Notes: generated by a model from the letters alone, not told the origin. Positions 1-13,280 are shown, numbered from the stretch's first letter. The stretch: DNA of 64,000 bases from Macrostomum hystrix (GCA_950097015.1 CATNEN010000002.1:5890001-5954000), one strand, 5' to 3'. Numbers and translations are program-made.

Positions 1-140
1 GGCGCGGCACATTTAAAAGGCTCTGTACAGCTGTTCAGTCCATGGACACGGATTTTACAACTGGGCGAACTGAAGGAATGGGAAATTATCGGTTTTGCTC
101 AGGTGGACTGGGACTCGAACTCCCGACCTAAGGGCTCTAA
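1..140 (-). mobile_element. tRNA-derived SINE copy (family A), 3' part cut off by the window edge
   Basis: Minus strand reads TAGGTCGGGAGTTCGAGTCCCAGTCCACC (tRNA T-arm/B-box), then TTCGCCCAGTTGT...GTCCATGGACTGAACAGCTGTAC. This nearly matches the element at 63355-63515. Confidence 0.6.
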
Positions 141-678
141 TTTCTAATGAGTCAAATTCCGATTACTTTCAAAAGAAGGTTAAGTAACTTCAACCCTAAA
201 ATAAATTATCTAGAAAAGTGCAAAGTAGTGTCGCATTCATGCTATAAAATAGCCGCTAACACTAAAGTGTTGCAAACATCAGTTGTACTTTTATACTGCA
301 TTGCAGAGACGAAGCTATACCAGAACTCATTTTCATGATGGCATCCAGTTATGAATTTTCTCAGCCCCTCACTGCCAGTCACCGAATATCCAATATGCCG
401 GCTTGAAGTCGTGACTTCGCTTAACTTATGAGTCCGTTTTCCTGAGTCAGGGAGAATTTTCATCCAACATCTGCTGCTCGGAAGTGATTGCCTAGTCCGA
501 CAAGTCAAGTCGCTTTTGCTTCCGGTAGTGCAGAGCTCCTCCCGTCAGAATTGGTCGCCATAAGAAAATTCTTCAACGATTCGAAGAAAATCATTAACTC
601 GCGGTTCGAGTCTATTTATAGATTGAGCACAAACCTCACGGGGATAGCTTGTTTGCAGGCAGTTTTTAACTTCTATAG

Positions 679-2151
679 CAGGGGTCGGCGAACTCCAGCC
701 CGCGGGTCAGATGCGGCCCTCGAAGGTTCAATCCGGCCCGTTGCCCCTTCTGACATCTACAGTGTCCTGTTTCCTCTCTCCCATGTCTCATCTCTCCCGT
801 GTCTCATCTCTCCCGTGTCTCATCTCTCCCGTGTCTCATCTCTCTCGTGTCTCATCTCTCCCGTGTCTAATCTCTGACGTGTCTCATCTCTCCCGTGTCT
901 CATCTTTCCCGTGTCTCATCTCTCCCGTGTCTCATCTTTCCCATGTCTCATCTCTCCCATGTCTCATCTCTCCCATGTCTCATCTCTCCCGTGTCTCATC
1001 TCTCCCGTGTCTCATCTTTCCCATGTCTCATCTCTCCCATGTCTCATCTCTCCCGTGTCTCATCTCTCTCGTGTCTCATCTCTCCCGTATCTTATCTCAC
1101 CCCTGTCTCATCTCTCCCGTGTCTCATCTCTCCCGTGTCTCATCTCTCCCGTGTCTCATCTCTCCCGTGTCTCATCTCTCCCGTGTCTCATCTCTCTTGT
1201 GTCCCATCTCTCCCGTGTCTCATCTCTCCCGTGTCTCATCTCTCCCGTGTCTCATCTCTCCCGTGTCTCATCTCTCCCGTGTCTCATCTCTCCCATGTCT
1301 CATCTCTCCCATGTCTCATCTCTCCCATGTCTCATCTCTCCCATGTCTCATCTCTCCCGTGTCTTATCTCTCCCATGTCTCATCTCTCCCATGTCTCATC
1401 TCTCCCGTGTCTCATCTCTCTCGTGTCTCATCTCTCCCGTATCTTATCTCACCCCTGTCTCATCTCTCCCGTGTCTCATCTCTCCCGTGTCTCATCTCTC
1501 CCGTGTCTCATCTCTCCCGTGTCTCATCTCTCCCGTGTCTCATCTCTCTTGTGTCCCATCTCTCCCGTGTCTCATCTCTCCCGTGTCTCATCTCTCCCGT
1601 GTCTCATCTCTCCCATGTCTCATCTCTCCCGTGTCTCATCTCTCCCGTGTCTCATCTCTCCCGTGTCTCATCTCTCCCGTGTCTCATCTCTCTTGTGTCC
1701 CATCTCTCCCGTGTCTCATCTCTCCCGTGTCTTATCTCTCCCGTGTCTCATCTCTCCCATATCTCATCTCTCCCATGTCTCATCTCTCCCATGTCTCATC
1801 TCTCCCATGTCTCATCTCTCCCATGTCTCATCTCTCCCGTGTCTCATCTCTCCCGTGTCTCATCTCTCCCGTGTCTCATCTCTCCCGTGTCTCATCTCTC
1901 CCGTGTCTCATCTCTCCCGTGTCTCATCTCTCCCCTGTCTCATCTCTCCCGTGTCTCATCTCTCCCGTGTCTCATCTGTCTCGTGTCTCATCTCTCCCGT
2001 GTCTCATCTCTCCCGTGTCTCATCTCTCCCGTGTCTCATCTGTCTCGTGTCTCATCTCTCCCCTATCTCATATTTCTACAGTCAATGCGGCCCGCTGTCG
2101 TCTTTTAGTTTCTATCTTTGGCCCGCCAGCAATTAAGTTGGCCTACCCCTG
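679..2151. mobile_element. Non-autonomous hAT-type DNA transposon (MITE) containing a minisatellite array
   Basis: Left TIR CAGGGGTCGGCGAACT; right TIR (reverse complement) CAGGGGTAGGCCAACT, 14/16 identical. Perfect 8-bp TSD TTCTATAG at 671-678 and 2152-2159. Subterminal GCCCGCGGG/ATGCGGCCC motifs resemble hAT MITEs. Confidence 0.85.
764..2074. repeat. 16-bp minisatellite (GTGTCTCATCTCTCCC)n, ~80 copies
   Basis: Visible tandem units. The rare variant GTATCTTATCTCACCCC recurs at 1087 and 1439 (352 bp = 22 units). Confidence 0.97.
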
Positions 2152-2595
2152 TTCTATAGTATTATTCCTAATAATTTAGCTTTGTATGTGTGTGAGTGTG
2201 GGTTTGACTGTGTCCCAAATATGGCTAAAACAGAGTACAGCGGCCACCATAGGCCGTTTATAAAAATAGCTTTAAAAATTCAATCAGCTAATTTAGAAAT
2301 CTGAATGGCCAAGACAATAGAGTCGTAAATCATAATTATTTCCCATTTGTTTCCCCATTTAGCAGCTGCCCACAGTGATACCAATTTTTATGGGTACTTC
2401 TGAGAGACTATGCTCATATGGGCGACATTGTATGTTGCTCAGTCTGCTCAGTTGAAATTGTGATATTCACAGGAAATGTACACTTCTGATAGTAGAAACT
2501 TTTGTTTCATTGATTTTAACTAGTTCCGTCCACAGGTTAGGCAAGTATCTTACCTGGCAGACATATTATAACTCACTTGTTTGAAAAGGTTTTCA

Positions 2596-3235
2596 CCTGT
2601 TAGACAAGGTGCCTACCTGTTAGACAAGGTGCCTACCTGTTAGACAAGGTGCCTACCTGTTAGACAAGGTGCCTACCTGTTAGACAAGGTGCCTACCTGT
2701 TAGACAAGGTGCCAACCTGTTAGACAAGGTGCCTACCTGTTAGACAAGGTGCCAACCTGTTAGACAAGGTGCCTACCTGTTAGACAAGGTGCCTACCTGT
2801 TATACAATGTGCCTAAATGTTAGACAAGGTGCCTACCTGTTATACAATGTGCCTAAATGTTAGACAAGGTGCCTACCTGTTAGACAAGGTGCCTAAATGT
2901 TAGAAAAAGTGCCTACCTGTTATACAATGTGCCTAAATGTTAGACAAGGTGCCTACCTGTTAGACAAGGTGCCTACCTGTTATACAATGTGCCTAAATGT
3001 TAGACAAGGTGCCTACCTGTTAGACAAGGTGCCTACCTGTTATACAATGTGCCTAAATGTTAGACAAGGTGCCTACCTGTTAGACAAGGTGCCTACCTGT
3101 TAGACAAGGTGCCTACCTGTTAGACAAGGTGCCTACCTGTTAGACAATGTGCCTACCTGTTAAACAAGGTGCCTACTTGTTATACAATGTGCCTAAATGT
3201 TAGACAAGGTGCCTACCTGTTAGACAGCGTACCTA
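2596..3235. repeat. 20-bp minisatellite (TAGACAAGGTGCCTACCTGT)n
   Basis: Visible tandem units with degenerate flanks. Confidence 0.97.
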
Positions 3236-3814
3236 CATGTTAGGCATATCATCCAGCAGATAAGGTGTTCACTTGTTACACAAGTTAACCGCATTTTTAG
3301 ACAACATCGCCTGTTCGACTGAAGTGCAAAGTCAAGAAATGCCAGTTTGAGTGCAGGAAAGATCCCAAGGAACAGCTGTTGACTTTGCTTGATTGTCACT
3401 GCATCTCGCGTTTCTTTCGAAGAAAGAAGGCTGCCGTTCTTGAGTAAATTCTCAGGGTTCGTCAGCTCAAGCATGTCAAATTTGCTTTCTTACTGTTGCC
3501 CCGGTGAAAACTAAGGTGCGTCATTCACAATTCGTCAATATTCATGAGCCTGTGAAGCTTAGAGTACGATGTAAGTTTCCTCGCCTGTTAATTTCACGCT
3601 CTCCTATTATTTGAAGAATTTCATAACGAAAGGTTTTCCAGATAGAAAGGTTTCTTCATGTTTAATAATTTATCTAATTAAAGTTGCGGCGAAAATGTTC
3701 CTTGAATGTAAAAACTGAAATATAATCCTTTTAGATAAGTTCTTTGCATTCGTTGAATTTGCAATACTAACAGCGATTCTATCTGAAAAGCTAGGAATAT
3801 ACCTGAACATCTAT

Positions 3815-5470
3815 CTATCACTCTAGCTAAAGATCTAGCTATGATTCTAGCTTGACATCTAGCTACGATTCTAGCTAAAGATCTAGCTGCGATTCCAGCT
3901 AAAGATCTAGCTGCGATTCCAGCTAAAGATCTAGCTGCGATTCCAGCTAAAGATCTAGATGCGATTCTAGCTTGACATCTAGCTATGATTCTAGCTACGA
4001 TTCCATATGAAGATCTAGCTACGATTCCAACTGAAGATCTAGCTACGATTCCATCTAAAGATCTAGCTGCGATTCTAGCTAGAGATCTAGCTTCGATTCC
4101 ATCTAAAGATCTAGCTGCGATTCCATCTAAAGATCTAGCTGCGATTCTAGCTAAAGATCTAGCTACGATTCCATCTAAAGATCTAGCAGCGATTCCATCT
4201 AAAGATGTAGCTGCGATTCTAGCTAAAGATCTAGCTGCGATTCTAGCTAAAGATCTAGCTGCGATTCCAGCTAAAGATCTAGCTGCGATTCCAGCTAAAG
4301 ATCTAGCTGCGATTCCAGCTAAAGATCTAGCTGCGATTCCAGCTAAAGATCTAGGAGCGTAGCTCCGATTCCAGCTGAAGATCTAGCTACGATTCCATAC
4401 AAAGATCTAGCTACGATTCTAGATTGACATCTAGCTATGATTCTAGCTACGATTCCAACTGAAGATCTAGCTACGATTCCAACTGAAGATCTAGCTACGA
4501 TTCCAACTGAAGATCTAGCTATGATTCTAGCTACGATTCCATATGAAGATCTAGCTACGATTCCAGCTGAAGATCTAGCTACGATTCCAGCTGAAGATCT
4601 AGCTGCGATTCTAGCTTGACATCTAGCTATGATTCTAGCTACGATTCCATATGAATATCTAGCTGCGATTCCAACTGAAGATCTAGCTGCGATTCCATCT
4701 AAAGATCTAGCTGCGATTCTAGCTAAAGATCTAGCTGCGATTCTAGCTAAAGATCTAGCTGCGATTCCAGCTAAAGATCTAGCTTCGATACCAGCTAAAG
4801 ATCTAGGAGCGTAGCTCCGATTCCAGCTGAAGATCTAGCTACGATTCCATACAAAGATCTAGCTACGATTCTAGATTGACATCTAGCTATGATTCTAGCT
4901 ACGGTTCCAACTGAAGACCTAGCTACGATTCCAACTGAAGACCTAGCTACGATTCCAACTGAAGATCTAGCTACGATTCCAACTGAAGATCTAGCTACGA
5001 TTCCATCAAAAGATCTAGCTGCGATTCCAACTGAATATCTAGCTACGATTCCAACTGAAGATCTAGCTATGATTCTAGCTACGATTCCATATGAAGATCT
5101 CGCTACGATTCCAGCTGAAGATCTAGCTACGATTCCAACTGAAGATCTAGCTATGATTCTAGCTACGATTCCATATGAAGATCTAGCTACGATTCCAGCT
5201 GAAGATCTAGCTGCGATTCTAGCTTGATATCTAGCTGTGATTCTAGCTACGATTCCAGCTGAAGATCTAGCTACGATTCCAGCTGAAGATCTAGCTGCGA
5301 TTCTAGCTTGACATCTAGCTATGATTCTAGCTACGATTCCAGCTGAAGATCTAGCTACGATTCCAGCTGAAGATCTAGCTACGATTCCAACTGAAGATCT
5401 AGCTACGATTCCATTTAAAGATCTAGCTACGATTCCATCTAAAGATCTGGCTGCGATTCTAGCTAGATGT
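3815..5470. repeat. 24-bp minisatellite (GATCTAGCTGCGATTCCAGCTAAA)n with a 452-bp higher-order duplication
   Basis: Tandem units. The interrupting CTAGGAGCGT motif occurs at 4351 and 4803. Confidence 0.95.
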
Positions 5471-5887
5471 CTACCTTGGATTCAGAGAAAAGGTCACAAG
5501 CTACTTCAGGAACAAATGCGAGTACTTAGGAGATGTACTCTTAAGTACTTGATCGAGTATTTCCCATTGAAAATGCGAAAAATTTTCGTTCTCGATGCGC
5601 ACATTATTCCGACGGTCACCTGTCAGTGATATTTTTACGCCTAGCAACTAAAATGTCGCCAGTTTTACCCTAAAAGCCGCTAAACAGCTTCTTGTTTCTT
5701 GCATGCAGAATTTCCTTTATTGCCGCAGCTTCGGTCGCCACCTCCTGGTCTCTCAGAGTTTCTTGAAGTCTTCCGGATCCATTTCAGATTCTTGGATTCC
5801 AAAACTGGTTTCGACCAAAGAGCCTTATTGCTTGAATGATTGTATTTAGTGTACAAACAGAACGTTGGGGACACGTGTGGTATATTT

Positions 5888-5934
<47 letters not shown>
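5888..5934. repeat. (GCA)15 microsatellite
   Basis: Direct reading. Confidence 0.98.
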
Positions 5935-6358
5935 TATTCTCTCTCGCTCCGTAGCCCAAGGCAATGCAGAAATCAAATTAATTGGCATGAAAGGAACTGA
6001 TGGCCTACTGGCATATATTTATATAAATACACATGCACAGCACATCAAACTGTTCAAGACGTCCTTGCATTCAGACCCAGACCTTGGTCCTTGAATGTTG
6101 AATGAAATTTATATTCTTTGCATCCTGATTTTATCGTTTGTTATCGTATGTGGTTCTAATCTGTATGTGATTGCTATTAAAACAGATTACAGATTACAGA
6201 TTAATAGCAATCACATACAGATCACCGCTTCAGAGGATCCTGAAGATTATTTCGGCACTGATCCCCTCTCCTGGCTGACTGAGGGTCATGAAATAACACT
6301 CGTACCTGCAGAACAATGGTTATTTGGTGATTACCTGAAAGTGTACGGGTTTATCATT

Positions 6359-7420
6359 GCATGAAGTAAAATGAGGTAATGAATGATTACATGAAAAAAC
6401 ATGGGGTAATGAATGATTGCATGAAAAACATGGGGTAATGAATGATTGCATGAAGGAAAATGAGGTAATGAATGATTTCATGAAAGAATGTGAGGTAATG
6501 AATGATTTCATGAAGGAAAATGAGGTAATGAATGATTGCATGAATGAACATGAGGTAATGAATGATTTCATGAAAGAATGTGAGGTAATGAATGATTGCA
6601 TGAAAAAACATGGGGTAATGAATGATTGCATGAAGGAAAATGAGGTAATGAATGATTGCATGAAAGAATGTGAGGTAATGAATGATTGCATGAATGAACA
6701 TGAGGTAATGAATGATTTCATGAAAGAATGTGAGGTAATGAATGATTGCATGAAAGAATGTGAGGTAATGAATGATTGCATGAAAGAATGTGAGGTAATG
6801 AATGATTTCATGAAAGAACATGAGGTAATGAATGATTGCATGAAGGAAAATGAGGTAATGAATGATTGCATGAAAGAATGTGAGGTAATGAATGATTGCA
6901 TGAAGGAAAATGAGGCAAATGAATGATTGCATGAAAGAATGTGAGGTAATGAATGATTGCATGAAAGAACATGAGGTAATGAATGATTGCATTAAAGAAC
7001 ATGAGGTAATGAATGATTGCATGAAAGAACATGAGGTAATGAATGATTGCATGAACGAACATGAGGTAATGAATTTACCGCATGAAAGAACATGAGGTAA
7101 TGAATGATTGCATGAAAAAACATGATGTAATGAATGATTGCATGAAAGAACATGAGGTAATGAATGATTGCATGAAAGACAATGAGGTAATGAATGATTG
7201 CATGAAAGAAAATGAGGTAATGAATGATTGCATGAAAGAAAATGAGGTAATGAATGATTGCATGAAAGAACATGAGGTAATGAATTATTGCATGAAAGAA
7301 AATGAGGTAATGAATGATTTCATGAAAGAATGTGAGGTAATGAATGATTGCATGAAGGAAAATGAGGTAATGAATGATTGCATGAATGAACATGAGATAA
7401 TAAATGATTGCATGAATGAA
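6359..7420. repeat. 30-bp minisatellite (ATGAGGTAATGAATGATTGCATGAAAGAAC)n
   Basis: Tandem units; explains the MNDCMKEHEV-type ORFs. Confidence 0.97.
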
Positions 7421-8635
7421 CTCGGAGTAGTTAAGAATTATAGGAATGAATGAATGGTATTGTAATAATTATTATGAAGCTTCTGGGAACACTCCAATGT
7501 GATTGAAACACTTTTCAGGGCAAAATGTTTCTCCAGCTCTACTTCCAGTAGAAACAACGTTTCTTAGTTGCATATTACGCAGTTTCGCTTAAGAAAGACT
7601 TCTGCTTAATCTTCTCAGAGTTATAATTAGTTTCTTCCAATCAAATCTGCCTCATAAAATACTCGTAAATTGGGTTTCCTGCCCGCACCTGTCCCGTGCA
7701 TCTTAACAAAAAACTCATTACTTTCTGGATCAGCCCAGGTCGACAATTTTCAATTAGCCCCGCGGCTACCAGAGCTAATTAAATTTTGCACAGAGGTTGG
7801 CTTCAATTAATTGTGTGAGAGTTTTGATTGACAGCTAATTCCCTGCAAAAGCTAGTTACTGAGAATTAATAAGCCAAATAATTATTGGCAACACTTGAAA
7901 ACCAATTCAAGTGTGTGTGACTCAGCCGCTTAAATAAGCATTTTATGACTAATCAATAGAAGACAATTTTCCTAAGCAAAATCTTGATCGACTTTTCTAA
8001 GAAATGTCGAGTGGCTCCCTTTTGCAGTAGTCCCAGTGAGGACTTATATTTTAATGTGTTGATTCACCTGCTTCTCTGAGCACACCTCATTCTGTTCAGA
8101 CACATCTGTGAGCAACACTTTAACTGAGTAAAGAGTAAATAACATTTTAAGGCCTTGGAGACACAGGCTCCCGCTGTGCAAACTTCATTTTAAACGCGCT
8201 TGTAACAATCATTCAAACAAACAGGAAAGCGAACAATCAAACCATTGTGTCATGAGTGCAAGTGGGGCCACTTGACAACTGTTAATTTCTCGATTGATCA
8301 GTTCCACAGTCGTGAGAACTCGGGCCTAAAGCCCGAATTGCAGGGACTAAAAACTGTGAATTTAACATCTGGCACAGCTCTGTTTGACAAGCTCAACTGC
8401 GTGGACCGCATCTCACTTTCCTCTTCTCAGCTGACAATTCGAGCCAAAAGCACGAACGAACGAATGACAAGAGCCAATTCACTTCTGCTTCACACCTGTT
8501 GGGAACTCAGCACTTGCGGCTTTTGCTGTTGTAATTTGAGCTGCCTTGTGTAAGCTCATTCGATTTGGAAATGGCCAAGATTTGTGCTCACGTCGTGGAA
8601 AACCTTAATCCGGTTGGCATATTGTGAGATTCTTT

Positions 8636-10360
8636 CTGTGAGTGTGTGGGTTCTCTCTATGAGTGTGTGGGTTCTCTGTGTGTGTGGGTTCTCTATGTGT
8701 GTGTGTGGGTTCTCTGTGAGTGTGTGGGTTCTCTGTAAGTGTATGGGTTCTCTGTGAGTGTGTGGGTTCTCTGTGAGTGTGTGGGTTCTCAGTGAGTGTG
8801 TGGGTTCTCTCTATGAGTGTGTGGGTTCTCTGTGAGTGTGTGGGTTCTCTGTGAGTGTGTGGGTTCTCTGTGAGTGTATGGGTTCTCTCTCTGTGTGTGG
8901 GTTCTCTGTGAGTGTGTGGGTTCTCTGTGAGTGTGTGGGTTCTCTGTGTGTGTGGGTTCTCTGTGAGTGTGTGGGTTCTCTGTGAGTGTGTGGGTTCTCT
9001 CTGTGTGTGGGTTCTCTGTGAGTGTGTGGGTTCTCTGTGAGTGTGTGGGTTCTCTGTGAGTGTGTGGGTTCTTTCTGTGAGTGTATGGGTTCTCTGTGAG
9101 TGTGTGGCTTCTCTGTGAGTGTGTGGGTTCTCTGTGAGTGTATGGGTTCTCTCTGTGAGTGTATGGGTTCTCTCTGTGAGTGTGGGTTCTCTGTGAGTGT
9201 GTGGGTTCTCTCTGTGAGTGTGTGGGTTCTCTGTGAGTGTATGGGTTCTCTCTGTGAGTGTATGGGTTCTCTCTGTGTGTGTGGCTTCTCTGTGAGTGTG
9301 TGGGTTCTCTCTGTGAGTGTGTGGGTTCTCTCTGTGAGTGTGTGGGTTCTCTCTGTGAGTGTATGGGTTCTCTCTGTGAGTGTGTGGGTTCTCTCTGTGA
9401 GTGTGTGGGTTCTTTCTGTGAGTGTGTGGGTTCTCTCTGTGTGTTTGGGTTCTCTGTGAGTGTGTGGGTTCTCTCTGCATGTGTGGGTTCTCTGTGAGTG
9501 TATGGGTTCTCTCTGTGAGTGTGTGGGTTCTCTCTGTGAGTGTGTGGGTTCTCTCTGTGAGTGTGTGGGTTCTCTCCGTGAGTGTGTGGGTTCTCTCTGT
9601 GTGTGTGGGTTTTCTGTGAGTGTGTGGGTTCTCTGTGAGTGTGTGGGTTCTCTCTGTGAGTGTGTGAGTTCTCTGTGAGTGTGTGGGTTCTCTCTGTGAG
9701 TGTGTGAGTTCTCTGTGAGTGTGTGAGCTCTCTGTGAGTGTGTGGGTTCTCTCTGTGAGTGTGTGAGCTCTCTGTGAGTGTGTGGGTTCTCTCTGTGAGT
9801 GTGTGGGTTCTCTGTGAGTGTATGGGTTCTCTCTGTGAGTGTGTGGGTTCTCTCTGTGAGTGTGTGGGTTCTCTCTGTGAGTGTGTGGGTTCTCTCCGTG
9901 AGTGTGTGGGTTCTCTCTGTGTGTGTGGGTTCTCTGTGAGTGTGTGGATTCTCCGTGAGTGTGTGGGTTCTCTCTGTGTGTGTGGGTTCTCTGTGAGTGT
10001 GTGGGTTCTCTGTGAGTGTGTGGGTTCTCTCTGTGAGTGTGTGAGTTCTCTGTGAGTGTGTGGGTTCTCTCTGTGAGTGTGTGGGTTCTCTCTGTGAGTG
10101 TGTGGGTTCTCTCTGTGAGTGTGTGAGTTCTCCGTGAGTGTGTGGGTTCTCTCTGCATGTGTGGGTTCTCTGTGAGTGTGTGAGTTCTCTGTGAGTTTGT
10201 GGGTTCTCTGTGAGTGTGTGGGTTCTCTCTGTGAGTGTGTGGGTTCTCTCTGTGAGTGTGTGGGTTCTCTCTGTGAGTGTGTGGGTTCTCTCTGTGAGTG
10301 TGTGGGTTCTCTCTGTGAGTGTGTGAGTTCTCTGTGAGTTTGTGAGCTCTCTGTGAGTGT
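8636..10360. repeat. 19/21-bp minisatellite (GTGAGTGTGTGGGTTCTCT[CT])n
   Basis: Tandem units. Confidence 0.97.
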
Positions 10361-10935
10361 ATATGCACTCTCAATGCACTATTTTTCATATCAGTGCTTG
10401 AGCTCTGAATATCCTATTGTGCGCAAGGTTATTCAGTAGCAGCTGCATGACGCAATATTGAGTTCTGCCCATTGCTGCTGCAACCGGCCAAACAACACGA
10501 AATGGTTTTGTTTGAAGAATAAAAAAGCGATGAAGCTCGGCTTGTAAATTATGGAATAGCACCTGGAATGCCTCACGTGCCTGCATGGAGCCGTTCGGTA
10601 AAATTAAAGCCAATAAATAATTAAAGTTATGGAAAACAGGGGCGCGCTGGGGTTAGTGGCATTGGGGCGGGCGCAATAAACTTAACATCGTTCAATTCAG
10701 CGGGCTAAATAAATTAAATACTAAATAATTGACAAAGCTTAAATTAGCTTGGAAATTCATGCTGGGCCTTGGGCTAGGCAGGTCACTTTGTTGGTGCGGC
10801 TTGCTGGGACAGAAATTAGCTGCTGCTGCTGCAGCAACTCTCCTCTTAATTAAATTTGCATTGGACAACTTTGCGACTAACTTCTCATGAAAGCTATTTG
10901 CTTGGGCTATCAGTGCAGTGCTTGGCAGAACTGAA

Positions 10936-11097
10936 TCCCTCAGTCCCTCAGTCCCTCAGTCCCTCAGTCCCTCAGTCCCTCAGTCCCTCAGTCCTTCAGT
11001 GCCTCAGTCCCTCAGTCCCTCAGTCCCTCAGTCCCTCAGTCCCTCAGTCCCACTGAATCCATCAGTCCATCAGTCCCTCAGTGCCTCAGTCCCTCAG
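10936..11097. repeat. 8-bp repeat (CCCTCAGT)n
   Basis: Direct reading. Confidence 0.95.
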
Positions 11098-11629
11098 TTC
11101 CTGATTTCCTTAGAAAGGTCCTGAAGTGCTGCTGAAGTGCTCCTGAAGTATAATTCACCAATCCATACCCTGATGCAATTCATAGTACTGCAGCATACTA
11201 CTCGCCTCACACATACTACTGACCGGCGCGCAATTATTTTTAATTAAATTGACGAGTCGCACAATTGCAATCAAAGTTTGAAGAATTACCTGACCCCCTT
11301 GCCACAGTCTGGATGGGGAATCTCGCGGCCCACTCTGCTTAATAAGGTCGTTTCTGTTCAATTTATTTAATGCGCTTGGCCCCATTTAGCAACCTTAGTT
11401 TACAGACAATATGCACACACGATATAGTAATGCGATTGCCAATCTGTGAGACTGGCTGATGGGAGATCGAGGACCGGCAATTGTTTTAATTGCAAATCTC
11501 TGCCGCCACCAAACAGCCACCAATATTTTAGGCTCCTTCTGCCAATGTCCACCTCATTTTTAGGCAGACATTCCCAGGGATAAAATAATTCTTCTGCATT
11601 ATCTTATCCACTCTTGCCATCTCGCTCCC

Positions 11630-11935
11630 ATTCCTACCCTCTCCTTCTCTCTCCTTCCCTTCCCTTCCCCTCTCTACCCCTGTCTTCCCCTGTCTTAACC
11701 TCTCTACCCCTGTCTTCCCCTCTCTACCCCTGTCTTCCCCTCTCTACCCCTCTCTACCCCAGTCTTCCCCTGTCTTCCTCAGTCTTCCCCTGTCTTCCCC
11801 TGTCTTCCCCTGTCTTCCCCTGTCTTCCCCTGTCTCCCCCTCTCTTCTCCTCTCTACCCCTCTCTACCTCTGTCTTCCCCTCTCTCTACCCCTCTCTACC
11901 CCTGTCTTCCCCTCTCTTCCCCTCTCTTCCCCCAA
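11630..11935. repeat. CT-rich 10-bp repeat (CCCCTGTCTT/CCCCTCTCTA)n
   Basis: Direct reading; degenerate edges. Confidence 0.9.
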
Positions 11936-12825
11936 TTTTTCTCCTCCGCTTTCTTCCCTTTCTTCCCCTCTATCCCTATCTTACACTCCTGCCCCTACTT
12001 TCCTCTCATCTCCCTACGTTCTTTCTTATCCCTCCAAGCCCTCTTGTTGAATTTTATTATTAAATTAGTATATTTGATAGTTTTTTATCAACTGTATTGA
12101 CAGGTAAACATACAGATATTTCATGATTCCCTCCAGTGCTAACTGGAGTAGCCAATTAATTAACGCATTAATTAAATAGGTAAACCCAAGCACAGCGCTA
12201 GACATAATTAAACCAATTAATTTTTAATTCTAAAAAACCGAAAACAACAAAGAATTGCCGGCGACAAAAAATTAACTCCTGAGACATTGTGCCCTAAGCT
12301 GTAGTTTTGCTCAAATTTAATGAAAAATTACTGACTGACGACACACGCGCGCGCACAAAAGAAGCTTGCACAATGACAGACAAAAATAAGAAAAACAGCT
12401 CAATAAATATTCTTCTGCTTTTTATAGTTAGCTCCATATAGTTAAGAAATTCGCGAATCCAATTCTGCTTCCATTTCATTCTTCGAAGCTGTTTTAATAC
12501 GCAGCATTTGTCTGGAAGAAAGAATTAAATTATAAATATAATTGTGCCTTTTTTGAAAAAGCCCTTACAAATTAAAATCGTGACTGCTCCAGTGAGCAGT
12601 TTATCCATCTGGGCATGACAGGAAATGCGCTTTGTCGCATTAGCAGAATTAATTAATTATTTTAAATTAATTGCTTACTATGGAGCTGACCACACGGCTA
12701 ACCAACGGGCGACGGTTGAGCAGATTGCTTTTCCGATTCCATAACAAGCACGGCTGATTGTTCACAAGCCGCTGCGCTGCGGCTTGGGCCCAACAAATGC
12801 GTGTCACTGTCCGCTTCATCCGCTT

Positions 12826-13280
12826 CTCTCCCCTGTCTCATCTCTCCCCTGTCTCATCTCTCCCCTGTCTCATCTCTCCCCTGTCTCATCTCTCCCCTGT
12901 CTCATCTCTCCCCTGTCTCATCTCTCCCCTGTCTCATCTCTCCCCTGTCTCATCTCTCCCCTGTCTCATCTCTCCCCTGTCTCATCTCTCCTATGTCTCA
13001 TCTCTCCCCTGTCTCATCTCTCCCCTGTCTCATCTCTCCCCTGTCTCATCTCTCCCCTGTCTCATCTCTCCCCTGTCTCATATCTCCCCTGTCTCATCTC
13101 TCCCCTGTCTCATCTCTCCCCTGTCTCATCTCTCCCATGTCTCATATATTCCCGTGTCTCATCTCTCCCATGTCTCATATATTCCCGTGTCTCATCTCTC
13201 CCATGTCTCATATATTCCCGTGTCTCATCTTTCTCTGTCTCATCTCTCCTATGTCTCATCTTTCCCTGTCTTATCTCTCA
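12826..13280. repeat. 16-bp minisatellite (CCTGTCTCATCTCTCC)n, same family as 764-2074
   Basis: The monomer differs from the first array by one base. Confidence 0.96.

Noticed and set aside
488-660. QVAFASGSAELLPSELVAIRKFF, superficially OmpA-like
   Set aside because: The match is short with no downstream OmpA motifs, and the ORF runs into a MITE. Probably chance.
711-2179. 400+ aa ORFs (SSLPCLISPVSHL repeats), and likewise the long ORFs at 8605, 14955, 17237, 19730-21801, 33922, 47230-48908 and 57501
   Set aside because: They are stop-free translations of minisatellites, open in several frames at once, with no domain signatures.
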